Source: Spirochaetia bacterium (lineage in GTDB: Bacteria; Spirochaetota; Spirochaetia; UBA9216). Taken from it: a stretch of 64,000 nucleotides of DNA. The notes under the pieces were generated by a model, which was given only the letters and a program-made list of their open reading frames with translations, had not been told where the DNA came from and made no database searches. The stretch is from positions 839,115 through 903,114 of the forward strand of contig OZ223264.1 in assembly GCA_965140585.1 (NCBI GenBank). Direction: 5' to 3'. Below, piece by piece: positions 1 to 9,829 of the stretch; the first letter of the stretch is position 1; each line of letters begins with the position of its first letter. The translations under genes were made by a program, and so were the position numbers.

Positions 1-7
1 AGGAATT

Positions 8-1270
8 ATGAAAACCAAAGCTGTACGAATATACGGAAAGAACGACCTCAGACTCGAGGAGTTTGAGCTTCCGGCAATGAAAGATGATGAAATACTCGCA
101 ACAGTAATCTCAGACAGTATCTGTATGTCTTCATACAAGGCTGCTATCCAGGGGCCTGAACATAAAAGGGTTCCCAATGATGTTGCGCAGAATCCGACAA
201 TGATCGGCCATGAATTCTGCGGAGAGATTCTTGAAGTAGGTTCAAAATGGGCTGATAAGTTCAAACCTGGCCAGAAGTTTTCAATTCAGCCGGCACTTAA
301 TTATAAGGGAAGCCTTGATGCTCCGGGTTATTCATTTCATTACATAGGCGGTGATGCGACAAATATCTTGATTCCCAACGAGGTAATGGAGATGGACTGT
401 CTTCTTCCTTATGAGGGAGAGGCCTACTTCATGGGATCTCTGAGCGAACCTGTTTCCTGTATTGTCGGAACCTATCACGCCATGTACCATATTCCCCAGG
501 GAACTTATATTCATAATATGGGTATTAAGGAAGGCGGAAACCTTGCAATTATTGCCGGTGTCGGTCCAATGGGCCTCGGTGCCATAGATTACGCCATACA
601 TAATCCGGTCAAGCCCGGACTTCTGGTTGTGACCGATATTGACGACGCAAGGCTTAAAAGAGCCTCCGAGGTTTACAGCGTTGAAGAGGCTGCCAAAAAC
701 GGCGTAAAGCTCATCTATCTGAATACAAAGGATACATCAGATCCTGTTAAGCTTCTTATGGATCAGACCGGCGGAGCAGGCTACGACGATGTACTGGTTA
801 TGGCTCCTGTTAAGCCGCTTATTGAACAGGGAGACTCAATACTTACAAAAGACGGATGTCTGAACTTCTTTGCAGGACCTTCAAATACAGAGTTTAAGGC
901 TGAACTCAATTTTTACAACGTTCACTATGAGTTCCATCACCTTGTAGGAACAAGCGGCGGAAACACAGCTGATATGCGTGAATCACTTGAAATGATGGGC
1001 CGCGGAGAATTGAACCCCGCATCGATGATAACCCATATCGGCGGACTTGATTCCGTTGTCGAGACTACACTTAATCTGCCCAAGATTCCCGGCGGCAAAA
1101 AACTGATTTATGTTCAGAAGAGCATGCCGCTTACAGCAATTGCCGATTTTGAAGAACTCGGCAAGTCAGACCCTGTTTTTGCCGAACTTGATAAGCTCGT
1201 AAAGAAACATAACGGCTTGTGGAACCTTGAAGCCGAAAAATATCTTCTTGCTCACAGTACCTCAATTTAG
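8..1270 (+). CDS. Zn-dependent medium-chain dehydrogenase/reductase, sorbose-1-phosphate-reductase-like (ketose/polyol-phosphate dehydrogenase)
   Basis: 420-aa ORF with an AGGA RBS just upstream of the ATG. MDR motifs GHEFCGEILEVG (zinc region) and AGVGPMGLGAI (Rossmann). Length and layout are typical of SorE-type enzymes. Confidence 0.7.
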   Translation: MKTKAVRIYGKNDLRLEEFELPAMKDDEILATVISDSICMSSYKAAIQGPEHKRVPNDVAQNPTMIGHEFCGEILEVGSKWADKFKPGQKFSIQPALNYKGSLDAPGYSFHYIGGDATNILIPNEVMEMDCLLPYEGEAYFMGSLSEPVSCIVGTYHAMYHIPQGTYIHNMGIKEGGNLAIIAGVGPMGLGAIDYAIHNPVKPGLLVVTDIDDARLKRASEVYSVEEAAKNGVKLIYLNTKDTSDPVKLLMDQTGGAGYDDVLVMAPVKPLIEQGDSILTKDGCLNFFAGPSNTEFKAELNFYNVHYEFHHLVGTSGGNTADMRESLEMMGRGELNPASMITHIGGLDSVVETTLNLPKIPGGKKLIYVQKSMPLTAIADFEELGKSDPVFAELDKLVKKHNGLWNLEAEKYLLAHSTSI

Positions 1271-1279
1271 CGGTAAGGC

Positions 1280-2032
1280 ATGCATAGTTTAACCGAAAGA
1301 GAAAGGCGGATAGTTGAGATCCTGTCTGAAGAGGGCAGGGTCAGCGTCTCGGAGATAAGCGAGCGGCTGAATGTTTCAACCGTGACTGTCAGAAGCGATT
1401 TTAACAGTCTGGTTGAAAAAGGCGTGCTCGTGAAAACCCGGGGCGGGGCTGTTCCGGCAATGCACCCGGAAATCCTTGAGCGTCAGAGGGATATGACTGA
1501 TGTAAAAAGAAGGATTGCAAAGGAAGCTGCTTCAATGGTTGAAGACGGCGATTCCATTATGATATGTGCAGGTACGACAACTGCGTATATCGGGAATTAT
1601 CTCTTGGGCAAAAGAGACATCAGGATAGTTACAAACTCAACCCTGCTTCTTCCGTATGCAAGGATGAACCCTTCAATAAACCTTACCCTTGTAGGCGGAG
1701 AATTCCGTCCGATGGCTGAAGCTGTTGTGGGTCCGGAGCCAATCAGACAGCTGGATGCCTACCATGTGAAAATTGCTTTTATCGGAACGGAAGGATTCTC
1801 ATATCAAAGCGGGATGACCACCCAGCTTGTTGAGAATTCGGAAATAATTAAAAAGATGGTCAGGCAGTCGGAAAAGACGGTTCTTCTTGCTGACTCGGGA
1901 AAATACAACAAGGTGGGCTTTGTGAAAATCCTGCCGCTTGAAAGTACAGACCTGATTATTTCGGATGAGGGATTGGACCAGACGGTCAGGGCTGAAATGG
2001 AAGAAAAAGGACTGAACCTGAAGATAGTTTAA
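1280..2032 (+). CDS. DeoR family transcriptional regulator
   Basis: 250 aa. N-terminal HTH (RERRIVEILSEEGRVSVSEISERLNVSTVTVRSDFNSL) followed by a DeoR-type sugar-phosphate sensor domain. Separated from the upstream stop by a 9-nt gap. Confidence 0.85.
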   Translation: MHSLTERERRIVEILSEEGRVSVSEISERLNVSTVTVRSDFNSLVEKGVLVKTRGGAVPAMHPEILERQRDMTDVKRRIAKEAASMVEDGDSIMICAGTTTAYIGNYLLGKRDIRIVTNSTLLLPYARMNPSINLTLVGGEFRPMAEAVVGPEPIRQLDAYHVKIAFIGTEGFSYQSGMTTQLVENSEIIKKMVRQSEKTVLLADSGKYNKVGFVKILPLESTDLIISDEGLDQTVRAEMEEKGLNLKIV

Positions 2033-2148
2033 ATCGGGAACACATTCGTGTATTTTCGATTTTCAGAAGTTTGAAAGCAAGGCTTTAAAACTTCATTTTT
2101 GAACCTGCCGTCACGGCAGAATGATTGATGTATTATTAGGAGAGAAAT

Positions 2149-3546
2149 ATGGCAACAGCGTTATTGATGCCAAAGCAGGGTAACTCGGTAGAATCCTGTC
2201 TCATTCTTGAATGGATGAAGAAGGAAGGCGACCGGGTTAATGTCGGTGATGTAGTCTGCGAGGCTGAAACCGACAAGGCAACCATAGAAGTTGAATCTAC
2301 TGCTGAAGGTACCATTCTAAAGATTTTTTATGGACCGGATACCGAAGTGCCTGTACAGAAAATGATGGCGGTTATCGGTGACCCCGGTGAAGATATAAGC
2401 AGCTTTGAAGCTGAGTTTGCAGCCTCAGGGGACGGTGCATCCGCACCTGCGGCAGAACCCGCTGCGGAAGCTTCCCCCGCCGAATCAGCTGCTCCGGCAG
2501 CAGCACCTGCGGCAGCCCCGGCTGCAGCTGCGGTTAATACTTCCGGCGGAGACCGCTTTGTTTCTCCAAGGGCAAGAAACCTTGCTGCAGGAAAGGGCTT
2601 TGATGCCTCGGGCCTTGCAGGAAGCGGCCCCGGCGGACGTGTAATTGAGCGCGATGTTGTAAATGCACTTGCCGGAAAGGAACCCCTTACTCCTGCAGCT
2701 GTTGCAGCAGTCATAGAGCAGGGCCTTACTGCCCCGGCAGAGGGCACAGGAATCGGCGGAAGGGTCAGACTTCAGGACCTTTCATCCGCACCCGTTGCTG
2801 CTCCGGCAGCAGGCATTACCGCTTCAGCGTCGGCAGCCCTTCCGTTCCCGGGCGCTTTCAGGGATGAAAAGGTTAAGGGTGTAAGAAAGATTACCGCCGC
2901 TAGGATGATGGAATCGCTTTCAAAGACAGCCCAGCTCACACACAATTTTACAGTAGATGCTACCGAACTTCTTGCCTACCGTGCAAAGTTCAAGAACTCT
3001 CCTGAAGAACTCGGTCTTGGAAAGGTCAGCATAAACGATATCGTAATGTTTGCCGCTTCAAGGGTTCTGAAGCTTCATCCTGAGTTCAACTGCCTCTGGC
3101 TCGGCGACACAATGAGATATTTTGACAGTGTCCATCTCGGTTTCGCATGTGATACACCGAAAGGTCTGCTTGTTCCGGTAATAAAGAATGCCGACAGCCT
3201 CAGCCTGAAGGAACTTTCAGCAGAAGCGGCAAGACTTATTGCAGCCTGCCGTGAAGGAAAGGCCCAGCCTGATGAACTTACAGGAGCCACCTTCACACTA
3301 AGCAATGTAGGCGCTTTTGGAATTGACAGCTTTACTCCGATTATTAATCCGCCGGAGATAGGAATACTTGGTGTCTGCTCAACCCAGCTTAAGCCTGTGA
3401 GAACAGCGAACGGAGTTGAGTATCGAGATCACATCGGCTTCTCACTGACCTATGATCATCAGGCTGCAGACGGTGCACCGGCATCAAAGTTCTGTGCCGA
3501 TATCAGGACTGCAGTTGAGAATATCGGGATCTACCTCGCACTGTAG
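2149..3546 (+). CDS. Dihydrolipoamide acyltransferase (E2) of a 2-oxoacid/acetoin dehydrogenase-type complex
   Basis: Lipoyl domain with ETDKATIEVES, Ala/Pro-rich linkers, a peripheral-subunit-binding domain (SPRARNLAAGKGFD) and a catalytic domain with DHQAADG. Confidence 0.9.
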   Translation: MATALLMPKQGNSVESCLILEWMKKEGDRVNVGDVVCEAETDKATIEVESTAEGTILKIFYGPDTEVPVQKMMAVIGDPGEDISSFEAEFAASGDGASAPAAEPAAEASPAESAAPAAAPAAAPAAAAVNTSGGDRFVSPRARNLAAGKGFDASGLAGSGPGGRVIERDVVNALAGKEPLTPAAVAAVIEQGLTAPAEGTGIGGRVRLQDLSSAPVAAPAAGITASASAALPFPGAFRDEKVKGVRKITAARMMESLSKTAQLTHNFTVDATELLAYRAKFKNSPEELGLGKVSINDIVMFAASRVLKLHPEFNCLWLGDTMRYFDSVHLGFACDTPKGLLVPVIKNADSLSLKELSAEAARLIAACREGKAQPDELTGATFTLSNVGAFGIDSFTPIINPPEIGILGVCSTQLKPVRTANGVEYRDHIGFSLTYDHQAADGAPASKFCADIRTAVENIGIYLAL

Positions 3547-3566
3547 AAATTACTGGAGTTTGAATT

Positions 3567-4892
3567 ATGTTTGATTTGATAGTAGCTGGAGCCGGTCCCG
3601 GAGGCTATGTTGCCGCTGAACGTGCCGGCCATATGGGAAAGAAGGTTCTGCTTGTTGAAAAGGAGAACCTCGGCGGTGTCTGCACAAACCACGGCTGTAT
3701 TCCCACAAAGAGTCTTCTGAATGCCGCAAAGCATTTTACATACGGAAAAGAATCCGCAAAATTCGGCGTTCATTTTGACAATCCGGTCTTCAATTTTTCC
3801 GAGGCCATGGCCTGGAAGAATGAAACTATAGACAGTCTTAGAAAAGGTATTGCCTTTCTGATGAAGCAGGGCAAGGTTGAAGTCGTCTACGGTGAAGCAG
3901 TTTTTCCCGGAGGGAAAAAGGTGCAGGTCGGCGAAACTGTATACGAGGGTGAGAACCTGATTATTGCAACGGGATCTTCAGCCTTTGTTCCGCCTATTCC
4001 CGGATTTGACGGTCCAAATGTGGTAACAAACCGTGAAATACTGGCGCTGGAGGAACTGCCCAAAAAACTGGCAGTTATCGGCGGAGGTGTTATCGGCGTT
4101 GAGTTTGCTTCTTTCTTCAGTAATGTAGGCGTTGAGGTAAGCGTTATTGAGATGATGGATGAAATATGTCCGATGATGGACGGCGAAACCGCAAAACTCC
4201 TGCGCAAGCAAATGGGTGCGGTAAACTTCCTCCTCTCATCAAAGGTCACAGCAATTACAGCTGACGGTGTTGAATATGAAAAGGACGGAAAGAAGGAAAG
4301 CGTAAAGGCAGACCTTGTCCTGATGTCAGTCGGAAGGCGGCCGAATGTCGGAGGCTTTGAAAATCTAGGTATTGACTACAGCCCGAAGGGTGTTGTAGTT
4401 GATGAGCGGATGCGAACCAATATTCCCGGTATCTACGCCGTTGGTGATGTAACAGGTGAGAGCCTGCTTGCCCACTCGGCATCAAGGATGGGTGAAGTTG
4501 CCGTGATGAATATGTTCGGAACCGGCGGAATAATGAGATACAACGCGGTCCCCTGGGCTGTTTACTCACTGCCTGAGGTTGCCGGATGCGGCTACACAGA
4601 AAAGGATGCAAAGGCTGCCGGATACAATGTGAAATCTGCCGCTATGCAGATGCGCGCCAACGGCCGCTTTCTCGCCGAACACGGAAAGGAAGCCGGTATG
4701 TGCAAGGTTATTGCTGATGCCGATACCGACATGATTCTCGGCGTTCACATGATCGGCGCTGTATGTTCGGAGATGATAGGTACAGCCGCTGCAGCAATTG
4801 AAGCGGAACTTCGTACAAAGGATATGAGAGAAATTATCTTCCCGCACCCGAGCGTGTCGGAAATTATCAAAGATGTATGCTGGATGCTTTAA
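3567..4892 (+). CDS. lpd: Dihydrolipoyl dehydrogenase (E3)
   Basis: GAGPGGY FAD motif, redox-active disulfide GGVCTNHGCIPTK, second Rossmann motif GGGVIGVEFA, and C-terminal FPHPSVSE interface motif. Confidence 0.9.
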   Translation: MFDLIVAGAGPGGYVAAERAGHMGKKVLLVEKENLGGVCTNHGCIPTKSLLNAAKHFTYGKESAKFGVHFDNPVFNFSEAMAWKNETIDSLRKGIAFLMKQGKVEVVYGEAVFPGGKKVQVGETVYEGENLIIATGSSAFVPPIPGFDGPNVVTNREILALEELPKKLAVIGGGVIGVEFASFFSNVGVEVSVIEMMDEICPMMDGETAKLLRKQMGAVNFLLSSKVTAITADGVEYEKDGKKESVKADLVLMSVGRRPNVGGFENLGIDYSPKGVVVDERMRTNIPGIYAVGDVTGESLLAHSASRMGEVAVMNMFGTGGIMRYNAVPWAVYSLPEVAGCGYTEKDAKAAGYNVKSAAMQMRANGRFLAEHGKEAGMCKVIADADTDMILGVHMIGAVCSEMIGTAAAAIEAELRTKDMREIIFPHPSVSEIIKDVCWML

Positions 4893-4921
4893 TCCGGTGC
4901 TAAGTTATAAGGAGTTATCAA

Positions 4922-7381
4922 ATGCCTAAAATACTTGAAATAAGGCCGGAAGAAGTTAGAAAGCCCGGCACCATCAAAATAAAGGATATACCGGTAAACC
5001 AGTATAAGCCTGATATTAAGAAAGAACTTAAGCTGTACGGAAAAGACGGCCTTATCGGCATGTACTATGACATGCTTATTATCCGCGAGTTTGAAACCAT
5101 GCTCGATCTCATCAAGAAGGAAGGTTCCTACAACGGACTTGAATACAACCACAAGGGGCCTGCACACCTTTCTGCCGGTCAGGAGTCCGCATCAGTCGGT
5201 CAGTGCGCCGTCCTTGATACAGACGACTTTATCTTCGGTTCCCACCGAAGCCACGGTGAAATACTTGCAAAGTGTTTTTCCGCTATCAAGAAGCTTGATG
5301 AAGCAAGCCTGAAATCAACAATGGAAGGCTTCATGAACGGCGAAGCTCTGGGAATCGTTGATAAGCACCACAAGGGCGATAACGTAAAAGACCTTGCAGA
5401 GAACTTCGTTCTATATGGAGCACTCGCCGAGATTTTCGCCAGAGCCCCCGGTTTCAACAGAGGCCTCGGCGGTTCAATGCACACCTTCTTTGCCCCCTTC
5501 GGCAGCATGCCCAATAACGCAATTGTAGGCGGAAGTGCCGACATCAGCGTCGGTTCTGCCCTTTACAAGAGAATCAACCGGAAGCCCGGTATCGTAATTG
5601 CCAACATAGGCGACGGATCAATGGCTTGTGGTCCTGTGTGGGAAGGTCTTATGCTTGCAGCAATGGACCAGTACAACACCCTCTGGGACAAGGATCTCGG
5701 CGGAGCTCCTCCAATTATGGTTAATATCTTCAACAACTTCTACGCAATGGGCGGACAGACAAACGGTGAAACAATGGGTTACAAGGAGCCCGCCAGAATC
5801 GGCGCCGGTGTTAATCCCGACAATATGCATGCAGAGCGTGTAGACGGATTCAATCCGCTCGCAGTTGCAGATGCAATGACCAGGAAGAAAAAACTCCTGC
5901 TGGAAGGCAAGGGTCCTGTATTGATGGATACAATCACCTACAGACTCTCCGGCCACTCACCCTCAGATGCTTCATCATACAGAAGCAAGGAGGAGATGGA
6001 TGCCTTCAGGGACGCTGATGTAATTCAGAACTTTGAAAAGTACCTCATTGAGAATGATGTTCTTGATCAGAAAACTTCCGAGAGCCTCAAAGAGAAGGTT
6101 ACCGGAAAGATTACCAATACAATGCGTATTGCAATTGACGACAATATTTCAAAGCATGTAGACGGCAAGTTCATCGAATCTGTGATGTTCTCAAATACAA
6201 AGATGGAAAAACTCGATGACCGCGAGCCCGAAGTTCTTATGCCGCTTGAGGAAAACCCGAGAGTAAAGGCAAACGCCAGAAAGAGAAGATACGCCTTCGA
6301 TGAAGCAGGAAACAAGCTTCCGGCTTCAAAGCAGTTTGTATACCGTGATGCGCTTTTTGAAGCGGCCGTTCATGGTTTTTATACCGATCCGACATTGGTC
6401 GCATATGGTGAAGAAAACCGTGACTGGGGCGGAGCTTTTGCCGTTTACCGCGGTCTTACTGAAGCTCTTCCGTACCACAGACTGTTCAACTCACCGATCT
6501 CAGAAGGTTCAATTGTAGGCTCGGCTGTAGGTTACGCTATGAGCGGCGGACGTGCAATGGTTGAACTCATGTACTGCGATTTCCTCGGAAGGGCAGGTGA
6601 TGAAGTATTCAACCAGATGCCCAAGTGGCAGTCAATGTCCGGAGGCGAGCTCAGAATGCCGCTTGTCCTTCGTGTTTCTGTCGGAAACAAATACGGCGCC
6701 CAGCACTCACAGGACTGGTCGGCTCTTGTTGCCCATATTCCCGGACTCAAGGCAATGTTCCCTGCAACTCCGTATGATGCAAAGGGGATGCTTAACCTGG
6801 CGCTCAGTGGAACAGACCCTGTTATCTTTTTTGAAAGCCAGAAACTTTACGGTATCGGCGAAGAGTTTGAGAAAGCCGGTGTTCCTGAAGGATACTATGA
6901 AATCGAAGAAGGCGAACCTGCAGTTAGAAGAACCGGAAGTGATGTAACAATTATCACCATCGGGGCTACTCTCTATGAAGCAGTCAAGGCTGCCGATGAG
7001 CTTCAGGAAAAATACGGAATGAGCGCCGAGGTTATCGACCTCAGATTCATCAATCCGCTCAACTATGACAAGATCATCGAGTCTGTTAAGAAGACCGGTA
7101 AGGTGGTTCTTTCATCAGACGCAAGCGAGAGGGGTTCATACCTGCACAACATAGCATCAAATATCAGCAGACTGGCATTCGATTACCTCGATGCGCCACC
7201 GGTAGTAGTCGGTTCAAAGAACTGGATTACTCCGCCGGCAGAAATGGAAGACTACTTCTTCCCGACATCAAAGTGGATCATTGATGCCATTGATGAAAAC
7301 ATAATTCCGCTTTCCGGCCACAGCCCTTCATCTGTTCAGACCAACGGAGAGCTCCTCAGATCCCAGAGGGAAGGTGTATGA
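4922..7381 (+). CDS. TPP-dependent dehydrogenase E1 component, fused alpha-beta subunits
   Basis: 819 aa. The N-terminal half is E1-alpha-like ([20 protein letters not shown] motif [14 protein letters not shown]). The C-terminal half, from about aa 470, is E1-beta/transketolase-like ([27 protein letters not shown]). Confidence 0.85.
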   Translation: MPKILEIRPEEVRKPGTIKIKDIPVNQYKPDIKKELKLYGKDGLIGMYYDMLIIREFETMLDLIKKEGSYNGLEYNHKGPAHLSAGQESASVGQCAVLDTDDFIFGSHRSHGEILAKCFSAIKKLDEASLKSTMEGFMNGEALGIVDKHHKGDNVKDLAENFVLYGALAEIFARAPGFNRGLGGSMHTFFAPFGSMPNNAIVGGSADISVGSALYKRINRKPGIVIANIGDGSMACGPVWEGLMLAAMDQYNTLWDKDLGGAPPIMVNIFNNFYAMGGQTNGETMGYKEPARIGAGVNPDNMHAERVDGFNPLAVADAMTRKKKLLLEGKGPVLMDTITYRLSGHSPSDASSYRSKEEMDAFRDADVIQNFEKYLIENDVLDQKTSESLKEKVTGKITNTMRIAIDDNISKHVDGKFIESVMFSNTKMEKLDDREPEVLMPLEENPRVKANARKRRYAFDEAGNKLPASKQFVYRDALFEAAVHGFYTDPTLVAYGEENRDWGGAFAVYRGLTEALPYHRLFNSPISEGSIVGSAVGYAMSGGRAMVELMYCDFLGRAGDEVFNQMPKWQSMSGGELRMPLVLRVSVGNKYGAQHSQDWSALVAHIPGLKAMFPATPYDAKGMLNLALSGTDPVIFFESQKLYGIGEEFEKAGVPEGYYEIEEGEPAVRRTGSDVTIITIGATLYEAVKAADELQEKYGMSAEVIDLRFINPLNYDKIIESVKKTGKVVLSSDASERGSYLHNIASNISRLAFDYLDAPPVVVGSKNWITPPAEMEDYFFPTSKWIIDAIDENIIPLSGHSPSSVQTNGELLRSQREGV

Positions 7382-8715
7382 TAAATACCGATCCCGGAAA
7401 AGTATTATCAGAGCAACTCAACAGCAGCAGCCGGACCGAGCGTCTGGCTGCTGCTTCTGCAATAGGGGATATGATTAAAAGCGGGAAGCTCTCAAACGGG
7501 CAGACCGATGAGGTCAACAATCATATCCATACAATTTATTCCTTCAGCCCTTATTCACCTTCAAAGGCCGCATTTATGGCCTGGGCATCAGGACTGAAGG
7601 CTGCGGGCAGTGTTGACCATGACAGCATCGGGGCGGCCGCGGAGATGGTTGAAGCATGTAAGTCCATAGGCATAGGTTCGACAACCGGCTTTGAGCTGAG
7701 AGTCAACTTCAGCGGCACTTCACTTGAAACCAGAAAGATAAACAACCCCGACACCATAAACAGTGCATACATCTGTATTCACGGCGTTCCCCACGGTCGC
7801 TTTGCTGAGGTTGCGGAATTTATCAAGCCGATAAGAGATGAGCGGAATATCAGAAACCGGACGGAGGTTGAAAAGCTCAACAGCATCCTTCCTCAGGGAG
7901 TTTTTGAAACCCTGGATTTTGAGAAGGATGTGCTTGCAATTTCAGAATCTGCAGACGGGGGAGGTGTTACCGAGCGTCATATCCTCTACGCCTTAAGCCA
8001 TAAGATAATCGAGGCTGCCGGAAAGGGGGAGGGCACGGTTGATTTGGTAACTGATAAACTCGGCATACCTTTGACTGATAAAATCAAAGGCTTCCTGCTT
8101 GATACTGAAAATCCCCATTATGTTTACGATCTGCTCGGCATACTCAAAAGCAATCTTGTACCGTCTTTTTTCATACAGCCGAATGAGGTTGAATGTCCGG
8201 CTGCAGATAAGGTTGTGGCATTTGCCAACAGCATCAATGCTATTCCTTCGTATGCCTACCTCGGAGATGTTGCCGAAAGTCCTACCGGAGACAAGAAGGC
8301 TGAAAAATTCGAGGATGACTATCTTGATGAACTGTTTGAAATATTGAAAAAGACCGGCTTCAAGGCAGTAACATACATGCCGCCGAGAAACACTGTTAAG
8401 CAGCTTCTTCGGGTACAGGCTCTCTGCGATAAGCATGCGTTCATGCAGATCAGCGGTGTGGATATAAACTCCTCCAGACAGGTTTTCAGATGTCCGGAAA
8501 TTCTTCAGCCCGAGTTTACACATCTTATCGATGCAACATGGACGCTTATTGCTCATGAGCATCTTGCCTCTGCCGACGAATCTTATGCGCTTTTCAATCC
8601 TCAAGGAAAATTCGCGTCAAAGCCGCTTTCCGAAAGAATGAAGCTCTATGCTGAGGCCGGTAAAAAGATGGATCTTTTTAATCCTGAAAATATAATCGAT
8701 TTAATAGGAGCATAA
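7378..8715 (+). CDS. PHP-domain metal-dependent phosphoesterase-like protein, function unknown
   Basis: 445 aa. [15 protein letters not shown]...AAGSVDHDS fits the HxH...DH ligand pattern at PHP N-termini. ATGA start/stop overlap with the E1 gene. Confidence 0.55.
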   Translation: MINTDPGKVLSEQLNSSSRTERLAAASAIGDMIKSGKLSNGQTDEVNNHIHTIYSFSPYSPSKAAFMAWASGLKAAGSVDHDSIGAAAEMVEACKSIGIGSTTGFELRVNFSGTSLETRKINNPDTINSAYICIHGVPHGRFAEVAEFIKPIRDERNIRNRTEVEKLNSILPQGVFETLDFEKDVLAISESADGGGVTERHILYALSHKIIEAAGKGEGTVDLVTDKLGIPLTDKIKGFLLDTENPHYVYDLLGILKSNLVPSFFIQPNEVECPAADKVVAFANSINAIPSYAYLGDVAESPTGDKKAEKFEDDYLDELFEILKKTGFKAVTYMPPRNTVKQLLRVQALCDKHAFMQISGVDINSSRQVFRCPEILQPEFTHLIDATWTLIAHEHLASADESYALFNPQGKFASKPLSERMKLYAEAGKKMDLFNPENIIDLIGA

Positions 8716-8716
8716 A

Positions 8717-9814
8717 ATGAGCATAAAAGCAGAAGCTATAGCACCGCTTATCCGCGGGCTTACATATAACGGTGAAACAGGGGCAACTGTAACCTTCAGT
8801 CCTGAGAGGAAATCCGGACCGGGTGTGCTTTCTGTTAAGGATGCTGAAGCTTTTTTTGAGAATCCCGGTACTGCATACAGTGAGTATCTGTTAGTAAACA
8901 AGAATATTCCTGAAGCCGTTTCGGTGGAAGGCTTGGGGTCTTTTGCTGTCAGTACAGCACTGCGCGACGGCTGGCCTTCAGTACTAGCCGGTAAGATTGC
9001 AGTAGTAACCGGCGGGGCCCAGGGCTTTGGAGCAGGCATTGTCGAGCAGCTTGTGAAAAAGGACATCTTTGTCTTTGTTGCCGACATGAACCTTAAGGGT
9101 GCGCAGGAGTTTGCCGCACAGACTAATAAGTCTATCGGTAGAGAATGCTGCGACGCCGTCGAGGTCAATGTTGCTGATGAAGCTTCTGTTGAACAGATGA
9201 TGAATACCATTGCCCTGAAGAAGGGCGGAATTGATATCTTTATAAATAACGCCGGTGTGCTTAAGGCCGGTAGCGTTAAAGAGATGAATCTCGGAGATTT
9301 TGAGTTTGTGACAAAGGTAAACTACACCGGCTACTTCATCTGCACCAAGTTCGCCTCACGCCTTATGGCTGAGCAGAACCGGGGTGCTGAATCAATCGGC
9401 AAAAACTATTACTCCGATGTTATCCAGATAAACTCAAAGTCAGGGCTTGAGGGATCAAACAAGAACGGTGCATATGCCGGCGGCAAGTTCGGCGGAATCG
9501 GCCTTACCCAGAGTTTCGCTCTTGAACTGATAAGCGACAATATCAAGGTTAACTCAATATGTCCGGGGAACTTCTTTGAAGGCCCTCTCTGGTCGGATCC
9601 GGAAAGGGGACTTTTTGTTCAATATTTAAACGCTGGAAAGGTTCCGGGTGCGAAGACAATTGCGGATGTGAAGGAGTTCTATGAGGCAAAGGTTCCAATG
9701 GGCCGCGGCTGTAATCCTGTCGATGTATCAAAGGCTGTTTTTTACCTTGTAGAGCAGAAATATGAAACAGGACAGGCCCTCCCGGTAACCGGCGGCCAGA
9801 TAATGTTAAAATAA
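8717..9814 (+). CDS. Short-chain dehydrogenase/reductase with an N-terminal extension of about 90 aa
   Basis: VVTGGAQGFGAG (TGxxxGxG), NNAG, and catalytic YAGGK (YxxxK). Starts 1 nt after the upstream stop. Confidence 0.85.
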   Translation: MSIKAEAIAPLIRGLTYNGETGATVTFSPERKSGPGVLSVKDAEAFFENPGTAYSEYLLVNKNIPEAVSVEGLGSFAVSTALRDGWPSVLAGKIAVVTGGAQGFGAGIVEQLVKKDIFVFVADMNLKGAQEFAAQTNKSIGRECCDAVEVNVADEASVEQMMNTIALKKGGIDIFINNAGVLKAGSVKEMNLGDFEFVTKVNYTGYFICTKFASRLMAEQNRGAESIGKNYYSDVIQINSKSGLEGSNKNGAYAGGKFGGIGLTQSFALELISDNIKVNSICPGNFFEGPLWSDPERGLFVQYLNAGKVPGAKTIADVKEFYEAKVPMGRGCNPVDVSKAVFYLVEQKYETGQALPVTGGQIMLK

Positions 9815-9829
9815 GGGAGCGGTTGATTT

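Noticed and set aside
332-601. Antisense or alternative-frame ORFs inside well-supported genes, for example 332-601(-), 2328-2747(-), 3887-4249(-), 7993-8604(-), 14486-14917(+), 51011-51433(-), 58930-59511(-), 59963-60559(-) and 62387-62788(+).
   Set aside because: Each lies entirely within a longer ORF that has clear family motifs. None has an RBS or a recognisable motif. Their compositions (Ala/Pro/Arg- or Ser/Leu-rich) are typical of shadow frames.
2440-2540. Repetitive GC-rich stretch (gcagc/ccggc units) that looks like a tandem repeat.
   Set aside because: It encodes the Ala/Pro-rich flexible linker (APAAEPAAEASPAESAAPAAAPAAAPAAAA) expected between the lipoyl and subunit-binding domains of E2. 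It is not an independent repeat element.
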